Shown here: piece by piece, positions 23,985 through 36,000 of the stretch
Layout: each line of letters starts with the position of its first letter
How positions within the stretch are numbered: position 1 is the first letter of the stretch
Assembly (NCBI GenBank): GCA_001643675.2
Contig: LSRY02000001.1
Coordinates: 1,922,001-1,986,000 of the forward strand
DNA length: 64,000 nucleotides
DNA from: Monocercomonoides exilis PA203
Taxonomy: Eukaryota > Protista > Preaxostyla
Reading direction: 5' to 3'
Program-made: the position numbers and the translations under genes
Notes under the pieces: model-generated
Seen by the model: the letters and a program-made list of their open reading frames with translations, nothing else
Told to the model about the DNA's origin: nothing
Database searches by the model: none

Positions 23985-26312
23985 CCCTTGGTGGAAAACC
24001 CGGGAGGTCGTGGAAAACCCGGTAGTGAAAAACATTCTGTAACGTAAATTTCTATCTTCGTTCTGGAACAATAGTCCTTTTTTATTCCATTTGGATTACG
24101 TTCTTCAAATTTTTGAGTTTATAAAAAGAGAAAACGAACAGATATAACGTATTAATTATTGCAAGCTGTTGATAAAAAATGTTTAAATGTTTTGATTGAT
24201 AAAAGAACAAATTTCAGAAAAAATTGAACTTTAAGGTCGGATTTTAAAAAATGAAAAAAACAGTTTTTATTTATCAGTCTTTTTCATTTCCTCTGAATTT
24301 GAATCATCGTCTATAATTCTTCTTTTCAGCGAACTCAGCTTGGCTCTGGAATCCTTTGTTTCGGTTTCTTCGCTATTGAATACACAACTTATTTCATTAC
24401 CATACATAAAATCATCATCTATCTTTTTTTCTTCTTTGCCTTATTATCTTTTTCTTCACACAAAGTGGTTCATTAATCGCTTTCTGTTCTTCTTTTTCAA
24501 CTTCTTTGTTAATAGAACAATTTTCTTTAATTTCTTCTTTTATCCTCATTTCAGTCTCATGCTTTTCATTGCATTTCTCCTTCATTTGGCGATTTTCTTT
24601 TGGAGAAAATTCTTTGAATAAGCTTTTCTTCATGTTTTGAGAGGACATATTTAATGACGTCGATTTTTCTGAAGATAATGGAGCACCGCGCACTCGATGC
24701 AACACAGGTGCAGCAGCCACAGGATAAACACCTGTATTTAGGAAGGCTGTTTTCACAACGGAAGGAGATGTAGCTGCTGACAAAGCTTCCGGCAGAACGT
24801 CTGCCAAGGCTTTTCTGAACGAAGAAGTTGAGAAACTAACTGGTCTCACGAAAGAGTTTTGTAGCACTTGTTTCAATCTAGCAAAAACACAATTGTCACA
24901 GGGCTGGAGGAGGTGTGTCATATTTGGGGGGAAATATTCGATGATCACATTGTTCTGTTCTGCAAACTTTTTGACTTCTGAATTATGGTGCGTTCGATGG
25001 TTGTCCAAAACAATGAGTGATTTCTTTGATGTTGATGATTTTCGTTTTTCTGCTATCATAGGAATCCACTCCTTTATCATTATTTGTTGAAATATTTCCG
25101 TTGAAATCCATCCGGATGTGGATCCTAAATAATTCACATTGAACGAAGAAAGAAATGAAAATTCAGAAGGTTTCTTTTTCGTGGATATATTAAAAGAATG
25201 GCAGATGTGACCCATCTGCACAAATGCAAACACAAATTGTTGCATTTTCAGTTTTCGGTAAAGATGAAGGAGCAGGAGGAAATTGATTCTTTAAACAAAT
25301 GACAAGTTTTGTGGTTCCATCACCAACTCGGATGGAAGATTCGTCGAAATTGTAGATATCTGTTGAATTAATTTCATTAGCTGTGATTATGGCAGACAAC
25401 TTTTCAAACCACGCACGTATTGTTTCCGGGGATTGTGCACAAATCTTAGCTATTTCCATTGGCCTTGAAATAGAAGCTTTCAAAATGGAGCTTCTTTTAA
25501 TTAGATCATATGAATATTTTGAATTGACTTTCTTTTTTTCTTCTTCGTTCACTGCTTCAGAATCTAGCACTTCTTGAATCTAAATAATCTAAATAAATAA
25601 AAAATCAAATTAAAAAGATTGTAAACCATCGATTGTATATCCTTGAGTCGAATTATTTTTTGTTCAGACAATAAAGCGATTGTTTGATTCTCCACCTTTT
25701 CAAGTTGATTCTTGGTTATTATCGTTGGCCGTCCAGCTTTTCCGACTTGACGCTTTGCTTTGATAGCAGCTATCCCTCTTGCCCATGCTCCATTGGATAT
25801 TGCACGCGACCCCACGGCAACCTTCCACGATAAAGGATATTTCTTCTTTATTTCGAAAACTTTCTGCGAAGGTGATGAAAACTGACGATATTCGGAAGTT
25901 GCTAATAGTCGATGAAGAGAATTTGAAGATATTTTTTTTGATGATTCCATCATTATGTTTTTGATCAAAAATTGAATTGATCATTTTGCAAAGTCTGAAA
26001 AAAATAGAAAACTAAAAATTAGATAATTTTTTTGAATAAATCCATCTTTCAAATTAATATCAGGTTTTTTCTTAATATTATTGTTATTCTTTTTCGTGGT
26101 TTTTGATTTTTCTTCAGACGAACTCACAACTCAAAGCAAACATCTGTGACTAAAAATATTGAAACAAAATCTCAAATATCACAGGAACAAGGCATTCACG
26201 AATATAAAATATCGTTTTCAAGTCGAACAAACGGGTATTTTCTTTTTTGAAACTGTTTTGAAAAACACAAACTACCGGCTTTTCCACAAACTCCCGCTTT
26301 TTCCACCAAGGG
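23985..26312 (-). mobile_element. pogo-like transposon, copy 2 (2328 bp), inverted, TA target-site duplication
   Basis: Reverse complement of copy 1; TA|CCCTTGGTGGAAAACCCGG ... TTTTCCACCAAGGG|TA. Confidence 0.92.
24415..25953 (-). pseudogene. Frameshifted transposase of copy 2
   Basis: Two 1-bp homopolymer losses (T5>T4, A6>A5) near 25175-25195 split the ORF and account for the 2-bp length difference. Could be sequencing error. Confidence 0.65.
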
Positions 26313-26351
26313 TATTTTTAAAAACAATCAAAGAAGGGAACAAATTGTTGT

Positions 26352-27751
26352 TCACAAAAACAAATAAAACTCATTTTCTCTGATCGGATAGAACGAAATA
26401 TAATAGTGACGATACTGAAAAATCATCACCGAATTGAAGCTGATGATGGAATCCTCATATCCCGTTTCCTCCAGGAATTGAAACATTTCCTTTTTTCTTT
26501 CTTTCCGCTCTATCTCTTTCCCCTTGTCTTCCACCTTCTCTTTCATTGACAATGAAAAATTGTGAAAGAATAAAATGTTGTCAATCATGAAAATATCTTC
26601 CAGTGTTTGTCCATTCAGTTCCTCCAAAAGTGCGTTGAGCGCTCCTCCTCTCAGTAGACCATCAGCAAATTCAACACTGCCTTTCAACATGCTTCGAAAA
26701 ATACTAAAGATACAAATCTCAACGCATTTCCTTTTTTCTTTTGCAACTTTCGAGACTCTTGTCATGTGCTCAACCAACCCAACATGATCATCTTCTCTTT
26801 TCCTCATTTTTAGTTCAAAAAGGCTTCTCAGCGCCACAATCCATCTCATCGTTGCACACTCTTCTCTCCGGCTCTTCTCATCATCTTCCTTTCCCTCCCA
26901 ATCTACACATTTTGCCAATTCCCCCAATTCTCTTTTTGCTTCCCTGATTAAATGCAACTCATTAAAAGCAACGTTTTCTAATTCTTCATCAGCTTTTTCA
27001 TCATTCAGTCTGAACACGAGGAAATTCCAGGCAAACTGATATGAGAGTTGAGAAAGATTGTGATGCTCCTGGTGGTATTTGATGATTTCGCTCATCTTGC
27101 TCAGATACAGTTCTTTTGCAACTTTCTTTTGAAAAATTATAAAAGTCAATGAAAACAAGAAAATACTCAAATCTCACTCAAACCGTGTATTTGACAAAAC
27201 TCAAAGCAAGCAACGCCATCTCCACCTCTTTTTGTGTTTCTTTGTTTTCCACCTTCTTTGAGGCTTCTTTAAGAATAACTGGAATGATAATTGGTATCAA
27301 CTTTTTCAATGAATTGGAGTATAAAATAAGATAGCATTCACTGACATCAACCAGAAATTTTTCATTCTTTCCCTCCTTTTTTCCCCCATTCATCTGCAAT
27401 CAACTTCTCAAATCTCCCATACAACAAGGACTTATAATAAATGAAATGTGATGCATTTGTCAGCACACCTATATATCCCATGTTTTATCAACAAAAATGC
27501 ATTTTCCAAAGATAATTTCTTTTCTTCAATCTTTTTGTCGATTTCATCATAAACATTTGATGCATATATAGATTCAAACTGTTTGTCATTCACTTTATTC
27601 AACAGAGCATCTATTTCTGTGCAGATCCTCTTTTGTTCAGCCTTTTTGGTGTTTCCAAGTTCGTTGAACAACTCTAATGACAACAGTGAGGAAATGCAAA
27701 TACAAAAAAGAACAAGCCCAAAAGTTTTTCTGTCTGTTGAGTCTTTAACAT
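26352..27751 (-). pseudogene. Paralog 3 of the helical-protein family, frameshifted
   Basis: Motifs EIIKYHQEHHNLSQLSYQFAWNFL and QKEVEMALLALS. Exon 2 is split over three frames (shifts near 27480 and 27385). The first-intron donor appears to be GC. Confidence 0.7.
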
Positions 27752-29483
27752 TGTGATGGACCTATTTCAATGGAACAATACATTTATTTTTGTTGAAATC
27801 GGAAAGGAAAATATCAGCCAAAATAATTTCAACAAAGAAAAAACAAAAAAATAGATTGGCACACTTTTTCAAAAGAAGGATGCATCTTCTTGAAACAAAA
27901 GACGAGTGATGAAAATGAGAAAATATTCGAATTTTTCTGGACATAATGGTTGATGTTTGATCAATTCCAATAAAAAAGTACATCTTTCAGCAAATTGGAT
28001 TCTGCATTCATATTATGAGAGCCGTTGTGGCAATTGCGTGTTGTTGGATAAAGAAAATTAAAGCAAAAAGCTTTTTAATAATTATATCTTTCATTACAAA
28101 ACATTTGAAGAAAGAGAATATCAGTGAAAATAAAATTCTTTTGGAAGAGGTTAAAGCGAGATTGTAACTGATCATGCATATTTGATAATTCTTGATATTT
28201 TTAGAAAACAATTGTCCCAAGTTATTCGACTTTACGAAATTATTAGGTTGTCTTAATGTGAAAATGGTTCTCCTTCAATCTTATTAAGAATTTAAGAATT
28301 ATAAAATAACTTTTGATTGTTATTCATTTATCAGAAATTCACAACAAAAATGATCTTTATTTATCCTGATAGAAAATTTTTAAGAATAACTTCTCAAAAT
28401 TTTTTATAAAAGCAATTTTTATTCTTCCAGATAAATAATGTTTATGTTGAAAGTCATTTGATTCGCAAATTCTTGATGATTGCTGTTGTTTCATCGCTGT
28501 TGAAATGAGAGCAAATTATCTTTCCGAAATAATTGATCAAATAAATACGATAAAGGTGATTTCAATGCAATTAATGTATTAGATCAATATATTTTGAAGG
28601 TTGGAAATATGTAAAGAAATACCTTTTGACGATTTTTTTCACGTTAAATCGAATTTCATGCTTATGATCATTTTGCTTTATGTTAATGAAGGCAAAGGAT
28701 TAAAAACTGTTAATTGTTATTTTGATAAATACCGTTTTGATTCAAATTGGTACTGTATTACAAGGAAATGCAAAAGTGTGATGATGAAATGTGAATATTT
28801 ATTTTGATTTTATTATTTGATAAGATAAATGATGAAAATAAAATTTATCGCTACAAAATAGCGGATTTTTCAAATGACGATTACTACGTCAGTCTGATTT
28901 TATTTTTATTTTTTATTTTTTGTATTGTTTTATCTTTTTCTTTTGATCCTTTCAACTTTTCATTTTCTTCACATTTGATATTTATTTTTTTATTTATTTA
29001 TATGAATTTGATAAATTGATTTTATGTGTATATCTTTTTTGATATTCAGTTTTATATCTGATAAATCTGAAATTTTAATGATAAAAGCAAGTATTGAAGA
29101 AATGTTTTTTGCCTCTAGCAAAATTGGAGCGTGTTGCTGATATTTTTTATTTTTGGAATTTCCATTTTTACAAAATTGCAAAAATTGTTATTTCATTTAA
29201 CGTTAAATTTTTAATTTATTCCACTTGATGTTTTCATTTTGAAAGTTATCATTTTTTTCAAAAAAATAATATCAACATTTATTCAATTGTGATTAAAACT
29301 CAAGATGAAATAAATAAAATTCTTGCAAATGTGAAAATTTTTTGATTTAATTCGCGAAGGGTGAGCATTAGTGTAGTTCAAATCTTCAATTCTGATTCTC
29401 AATAAAAATTCTAAGAATAGAAATATGAATGCACCCATAATAAAATAAATATATTTAACCATTTTTAAAATTCATTTGTTCAA

Positions 29484-31343
29484 ATGTCTCGTTTTTCTTC
29501 AGGACCGCAAATGCCTTTATGTATTGCACCATATAAATACTGTGCACGTCATTGTGCTTACAAAACAGAGAGATTTGAAATGTCGAGAGAAGAGCTAAAA
29601 AGCATTTATAGTTTACCAAGAGGCCCTGTTGTACCGCAGCCATATCCTGCTTATTCCACAAAATGCAAGATTATTTTAGACACTGATCTGGGAACAGATA
29701 TTGATGATGCTTTTGCACTTTTGTATGCATTGCGTTCTCCTGAAATAGAAATTGTTGGCATAACAACAAATTGTGCAGTTTCTACAATCAGAGCAGAAGC
29801 CATCAGAAAGATTTGTAAATCTTATGAGCGGGAAGTTGGAAAAGCGAAAAATACTCCGATAGTTACAGGATCATCTCGACCTCTTGGAACTCATCGTTCA
29901 TTTCGATTAAGTGGAAATGAGGGATCTCCATTGTTACCTCGTGAATTTATTGCATCAAATGGAGTGAGGGAAATGAACGAGTTGGAGCAGTTTGAAGCAT
30001 CTGAATTCATGTTTGAAGTTGCAAAAGCATTTCCACATGAAATCACAATTGTATCAATTGGTGCTCCAACAAATATTGGACTTCTTTTAAAAAATCATCC
30101 TGAATGTTGCACCTTATTGAAAGAGGTTGTGATCATGGGATTAGGTGATCTTATAAGTGATGCAGATGCAGGAGGAGAAAGGGGTGAACGATTTGCCAAG
30201 AAGAGGGATTCCCAATCTGCAGCTGACCAACAGTTGTTTGATGGTCTTATTCGAGGGATGCCTACGCATCTTTCGCCAAATCACAATGTGTCGATGGATG
30301 TTCTAGCGACGCAATTGCTGTTTGGAGCGAAAGGCTTGAGGGTGAAGATTGTTCCGGCGAGAATCTCTTCTCAGTTCTGTTTGAGCGGTGAACCGCTAAG
30401 ACACATTCAATCAGCTGCGGAGCAGGCGGACCGCTTTGAAAGTTTTGTATGTTCTGGATCAAGCAGTTGCCCTACAGAGGTCAAGAGATCTGAGGCAAAG
30501 AGCAAGGGCGCAAGTGAGCAAAAGGAGAAAGAAGGAGAAGCAAAATTATCAAAGTTTGTGTATGTTCCTTCAGCTTCTCGCACAACTTCTGCTAAAACGT
30601 CACCAGAGGCAAAGCAAACGTCTGAGAAAATCCATTTACCAGCACAGCCTGCTGTGAAAGAGCCGAAAAGGGGTACAAAACCAGATAAGCAGCCATCAGC
30701 AGGCTCCATTCCGACTGTCGCTCAGACAACTCAACTTTCTCCAAAAGCCTCATCTGCAGCGTCTACACGTGCAGAGCAAAAAAAGCTGAATCGCATTGTC
30801 AATGCGCATCCGCTGTGGTTCCGTTCTCTTGCTCCGATCGTGCCCAAATATGCGTCTTGTTCTTCGACTGCGCTTGTTGGCTTGCTGTGGAAGCATTCGT
30901 GCCGCCGCTGGCCGCCCTTTTCGCACACGCCGCACGATCCACTGACGGTGCACGAGGCGGCTTTTCCTATCAGACAAGCAGCGCCTGTCTGTGAAACTGC
31001 TTCTGCTTCCGCTTCTGCTTCTGTGTCTGATGAATGTGCTGTAACAGCAGCAGCTACTTCGCTAACTTCGGGAAAGAAAGAAGATGTGTGTGCTGCCTCG
31101 TCCACAAGCTGTATTCTTTATGTTCCAGGCACAGTTGTTGTGCATGAATGGGCTGCGTTCACGACGTTTGTGCCACATCCTGCTGGAAATCATTATTTGG
31201 GAATATCATTAGCACCTTCTGCTTATTCAACTACGCATTTGTTGTCTTCAACCAGTTCTCCTTCTTCTTATTCTTCTCGTTCGAGCCCAACTGATAATTC
31301 ATTTTTTATGCAGAATCTTTCGCAAAAGCTGATGCAAGTTTGA
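29484..31343 (+). CDS. Inosine-uridine-preferring nucleoside hydrolase family protein with low-complexity insertions
   Basis: N-terminal Asp motif IILDTDLGTDIDDAFAL, then SIGAPTN, N..(M)D and HDPL. Single 619-aa ORF. Confidence 0.85.
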   Translation: MSRFSSGPQMPLCIAPYKYCARHCAYKTERFEMSREELKSIYSLPRGPVVPQPYPAYSTKCKIILDTDLGTDIDDAFALLYALRSPEIEIVGITTNCAVSTIRAEAIRKICKSYEREVGKAKNTPIVTGSSRPLGTHRSFRLSGNEGSPLLPREFIASNGVREMNELEQFEASEFMFEVAKAFPHEITIVSIGAPTNIGLLLKNHPECCTLLKEVVIMGLGDLISDADAGGERGERFAKKRDSQSAADQQLFDGLIRGMPTHLSPNHNVSMDVLATQLLFGAKGLRVKIVPARISSQFCLSGEPLRHIQSAAEQADRFESFVCSGSSSCPTEVKRSEAKSKGASEQKEKEGEAKLSKFVYVPSASRTTSAKTSPEAKQTSEKIHLPAQPAVKEPKRGTKPDKQPSAGSIPTVAQTTQLSPKASSAASTRAEQKKLNRIVNAHPLWFRSLAPIVPKYASCSSTALVGLLWKHSCRRWPPFSHTPHDPLTVHEAAFPIRQAAPVCETASASASASVSDECAVTAAATSLTSGKKEDVCAASSTSCILYVPGTVVVHEWAAFTTFVPHPAGNHYLGISLAPSAYSTTHLLSSTSSPSSYSSRSSPTDNSFFMQNLSQKLMQV

Positions 31344-31751
31344 AGTGGTTGATGTTGTTTTTGTATTTATCATACGCTGTCTCTCAGTCCATTTCTCGAA
31401 TTTGGAGAAATATTTCCTGTGGTTAAAAAAGATGGGAGTGGGGGGGGGGGGGGGGGGAAATGTGTTTTACAATAATTGGAGAAATTAGAATGAATATTAT
31501 AGATGAGATTTTGCTGGGAAGTTATTTGAATTTGGGACGAAATTTTTTGATTTATGAATTTTGTTCCGCACTGTTCTTTCAATTATTTTTCAAGACTTTT
31601 TGATTTTTCGATATTTAATATTGCACGGTAATGACAGAATAATAATTAAACAATTGCAGAAAATTTTTGGAACAAATCATTGAATTTTTCATAAATGCAA
31701 GAATTCTGTCCCATTTTTTATTTCACCATTTTGCGAAATGATAAAAATATA

Positions 31752-32147
31752 CAGTTTGTGCAAAAAATACCGGACATAGCAAAAAATACCGGACAAGATC
31801 GATATCTCAATAACCTCAAGAATAAAAATTCTGATAATTATCCTCAAAATATATTTCATTAATGCAAACTCATTTGATAAACGAGACTTACAAAACTTCC
31901 TCGTTTGTGCTCAGAAAAATATAATGATTGAAATCTCAAAAATACTTTAAATCCTATTTCTCCAATATTTAAAAATTTTTTTTCTCAGAGCACAAATGAA
32001 GCTGAAGAGAGGTCTTGTTTTTCAACTGAGTTTGTATTGACAAGTTGTGTTTTGAGGAAAATTATCAGAATTATTTCTCTTGCAGTTATTGTGAAATGGA
32101 TCTTGTCCTGTATTTTGTGCGATGTCCGGTATTTTTTACGCAAACTG
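31752..32147. mobile_element. MITE family B, copy 2
   Basis: TA|CAGTTTGTGCAAAAAATACCGGACA ... TGTCCGGTATTTTTTACGCAAACTG; homologous along its length to 3934-4309. Confidence 0.8.
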
Positions 32148-32400
32148 AATATCATATTTTTTTAGAAAAGTTCCTTCTGTTCAAAATTTGAAAAAAATTT
32201 CTATTTGAAAATTAATCAAATATGTGTTCCTTCTCTTGAAGCTTTTCTGGGAGAGAAATATGGGCAAATGGGTATGATACGACTAACAAAATTTTTTGGT
32301 TACAACGATTTGTTTTTCACATTCCTTTTGGATTAATCATTGGTTTAATGGAGATGAAGGTTTCATTTTAATTTTTATTTAAATTTTTTTTTAATTTTTA

Positions 32401-32433
<33 letters not shown>

Positions 32434-33049
32434 ATTTTTTTTTAAAAAAAAAAAGAAATTTATTAATTTTTTCAATTTTTGAATTATGATATGGGTTATT
32501 CTTTTTGAAAAGTCGCAAACGTTTAACTGATCTGAAAATTAGATCAAAAAATGTTGATCATTCCGTTCCCGTTATTGTTTTGAAAATGTTATATTTTGAA
32601 ATTTATTTCGCTTTTAAAAGAAAAACAGGATAGAAATATGTTGAAATTATATATATTTTTAACTTTATTTTGTGATACACTTATGTCAACATATTCATTC
32701 CAGCTATTTAAATAAAATGAATTAAATGTTTTTATTTCTTCATTTTCATTTCATTTGTTCGAATATTCATTATGAATTCATGGATAATTACTTTGTTTTT
32801 TATGATATTTTTGTTAAAAGATAAATACAATTTTATTAGCTTAAATTCTGGAATTTTTACATGAGAAATTATCAAACAGGAAAATTTTATTAAAACAACG
32901 CTTATAACAATCGAAAGATATTCGAAGAGTTGTAAACATTGAGCAATTATTTATATTATTTTTAAAAATTGAAGTTAGATATTTTAATTTTCAAAAAAAT
33001 CTCCATTTATTACAAACTCAAAAATGTAATCTCTTCAAATATAAATATA

Positions 33050-36000
33050 CAAACAGTTTGTATCAAACAATTTTCTTTCATCATCAGCACCTGCAATTGA
33101 TCCTTCGGATGCTTCTGCGTCATCAGCTTCAAACACGTCGGATGTGGTGTTGGACGACATCGAGAGGCGGCTGCGGATTATTGTGCCAGAGGCGGCTGGA
33201 GTGTATGGGCAGCACATTCCGCTGTCGCTGCAGCTGCTGCTATCGCCGTGGGAGCAGCAGGCACAACGGGAATATGTTGTGGCACGGTGTGTTGTGCTGC
33301 ATGTGGGTTCTTTGTGCGTGAGTACAATGTGGTGCTTTCGGCGACACTTTCTGCATCGCTGGTGGTTCAGTTTCCTTTTCTTGCAACTTCAGCTAGATAG
33401 AATTCCAGGAGCAAGCAAAGCTTTGCGGTGTTGAACATGACTGCGCTCAAATCTATCAATGAACTGCTTGATCCATCATTGATGTGATTGGAGATTGTGC
33501 GGCTGGAATCGTGATCGCTGCAGTCGAGGCTTGTGGCGGTGAAGTGATGGAGAGAGAGGATGAAGTGATGGGGCGAGGGGTTGCAGTGTGTGAAGCGGTG
33601 GAGATTGCGGAGAAGGGGCAGTCGGAGGCATGGCTGAGGAGAAGGATATGGTTCTGTCTCCAGCAGCGATTGCGTTGGCAGTTCCAAAGTGCGAGTTGAT
33701 AGAGAGGAATGTGATGGGAATGAGGCCAAAGGCGTGTATCCAACGACATACAGAGAGTTTGTGGAAAGAATAAAACAAAACCAGATGAAGCTGGAAGAAG
33801 CAATTGCGCTGCTGATTGTGGAGGCGCTTGGGCTGAGTCGGCTGAGGTTTGTGAAGGCGGAGACATGGATTGCGATTTTTTCAGAGAGTCGCCTGCAACA
33901 AATGCTGAACAATGCACTCACTTTGCGTGCCTGCTATGTAACATCGGAATTCGCGAGAAATAAGAATGTTTCAGCAGGAAAAGAATATGAGTGTTTGAGT
34001 ATTTCTTCAATGAAAAGTCGAATTGAAATAACTGGAGATGTGGAGCAGTTGTAAACATCAGTTGACCGTTTGACAATGATTGAGGAAAAAGACAAATTCG
34101 ATGAAAAAGTTGAGGAAGAAACTTGCTTTCTTTGTGCTGGGTGATAGGAAGAATAGGAAGAGGAAGAAGAAGAGGAATGGGGAGGAGATGTTGAGCGAAG
34201 GCAGAATAGAAGAGTGCTCGTTGTTGTTGAATCTGGTGGTGAGCTGAAGAGAAGTGTTCTGGTTTAACAAGGCAGTCAACGAATGATGTGTGTGATTTGC
34301 AGATAAGCGGTTTGTGACTGTGCTGGACGAACTGAACATGCTGCTACCAAGAAGTCGTACAGCTTCGTGAATCAACGAACGTAGATACAGCAGAAGCACA
34401 ACACCGAAGAAGCAGTTGTTTCTGGAGCCGTGCGAGATTTTGGTTCTATATTCAACAGGGGGGTGGCATGGATGAAGCAGACTATTGAAGAAGACTTGGT
34501 AAACAAGTTCTGTGCTCTTTTAAGAACGTTTCAGGTACAAAGCAGAGGAGCGCGAGTTTGCTTGTCGTATCTGCATCGTCAGGAAGGAGTTGATTCAAAT
34601 GCTTTGCATGCTTCTTGCAGCATATGCATATGCGATGCAATGACGTGGTAGCGCAGGTTGGAATGATACGTGGATGATTGGGAAAATGCTATGTCAAAAA
34701 CGGCGGAGTGTGTTGAAATGACATGGATACCAGAGAAGGAGCAGAAGCAGGTTATGAAAAGGAGATGCCGAGCAATTGCACGTTGATAAAGTGAGCTCAT
34801 GCTTTTGTAAGTGTGTTTGATGACCCGTCTGATGCGTAGACGCAGGTAACACGGTTGCATGAGTGGAGGCAGGCAGAGATGCAGACAGCAAAGGTGGAGT
34901 TGTCATTCTTCAATTTGGAAAAGAGGCTGGACACAGAAAAAGATAACTTCCATTTGTGGTTGAAGTCAGCAGCGTGGCTAAGGAATACAATGGATTAAAA
35001 GTCTGTACTGATGCATCAGGTTGTGACGAAGAAGACTTGGAGGATTGAGGCAAGCTCAGATGCATGGGATACGATCTGTGTCGGAGAAAGTGGAGGGATG
35101 ATGGCAGACATGATGGAGAGAATAAGGAAGAAGATGATGATGAACATTGTGATAGGAGAGGGAACGGGAGCAGCGCAGAACTGGAGGAGAAGCGTTTCAG
35201 ACTGGAAGAACATCAACTTTTAGGGGGTTTCAACAACAGTTGTGCTGAACGAAGCACCAAGGGAATGGAAGAGGAGGCGTGTGGTTATTTCGACGGAAGT
35301 GATTGCAGGGAAGGGGCAGAGCATTACCGTAGTGACAACAGCCGATGAGAGCGAGGAAGCGATGGTGATGGATGCGGATCAAGTTTGTGTCACGGAAGAA
35401 GGAAAATTGAGGGAAAAGAAGAAGGAGGAGGAGAAGGACGATTGAGTGAAATACGGCTGATGAATGTGTTTGACCCGAAGAAGCATGTTTTGCAGAAGAT
35501 GCACTCGGCGCTGATTCTGCCAGAAAAAGTACTGAGAAGCAGATGTTGGGAAGCAGAAGATGAGAAGGATGAAGAAAAGAAGGAAGAAAAGAAGGAACAG
35601 AAGGAGAAGGAGAAGGAGAAAATAAAATCATCGACATCAACATCATCAAGATGTGAAAGTGAATGTTCCAGATCAAATGGGAAGAAGACAGGAGGAGTGT
35701 CGTTGAAGATAGCATATCTTTCGAAATGTGTTGCGACGAGGAAGAAAAAAGATCTGTCGACATCTTCATATGAATGCTACAGTTGCTTTGGAGGAATTCT
35801 TCATCTGCTGAAGTGCGTGATGAAGGCGAAGACGAAGAAGAATGAGGGAGACGAGGCAAAAGTGAGGGCATTTGATGTGTGGTGTAATGCGTTTGAGGAG
35901 CTGTACAAGTTTGTTGATGAGGATGAGGATGAGGATGAAGATGAGGATGAGGATGAGGATGAAGATGAAGATGAAGATGAATATGAATATGAAGATGAAG

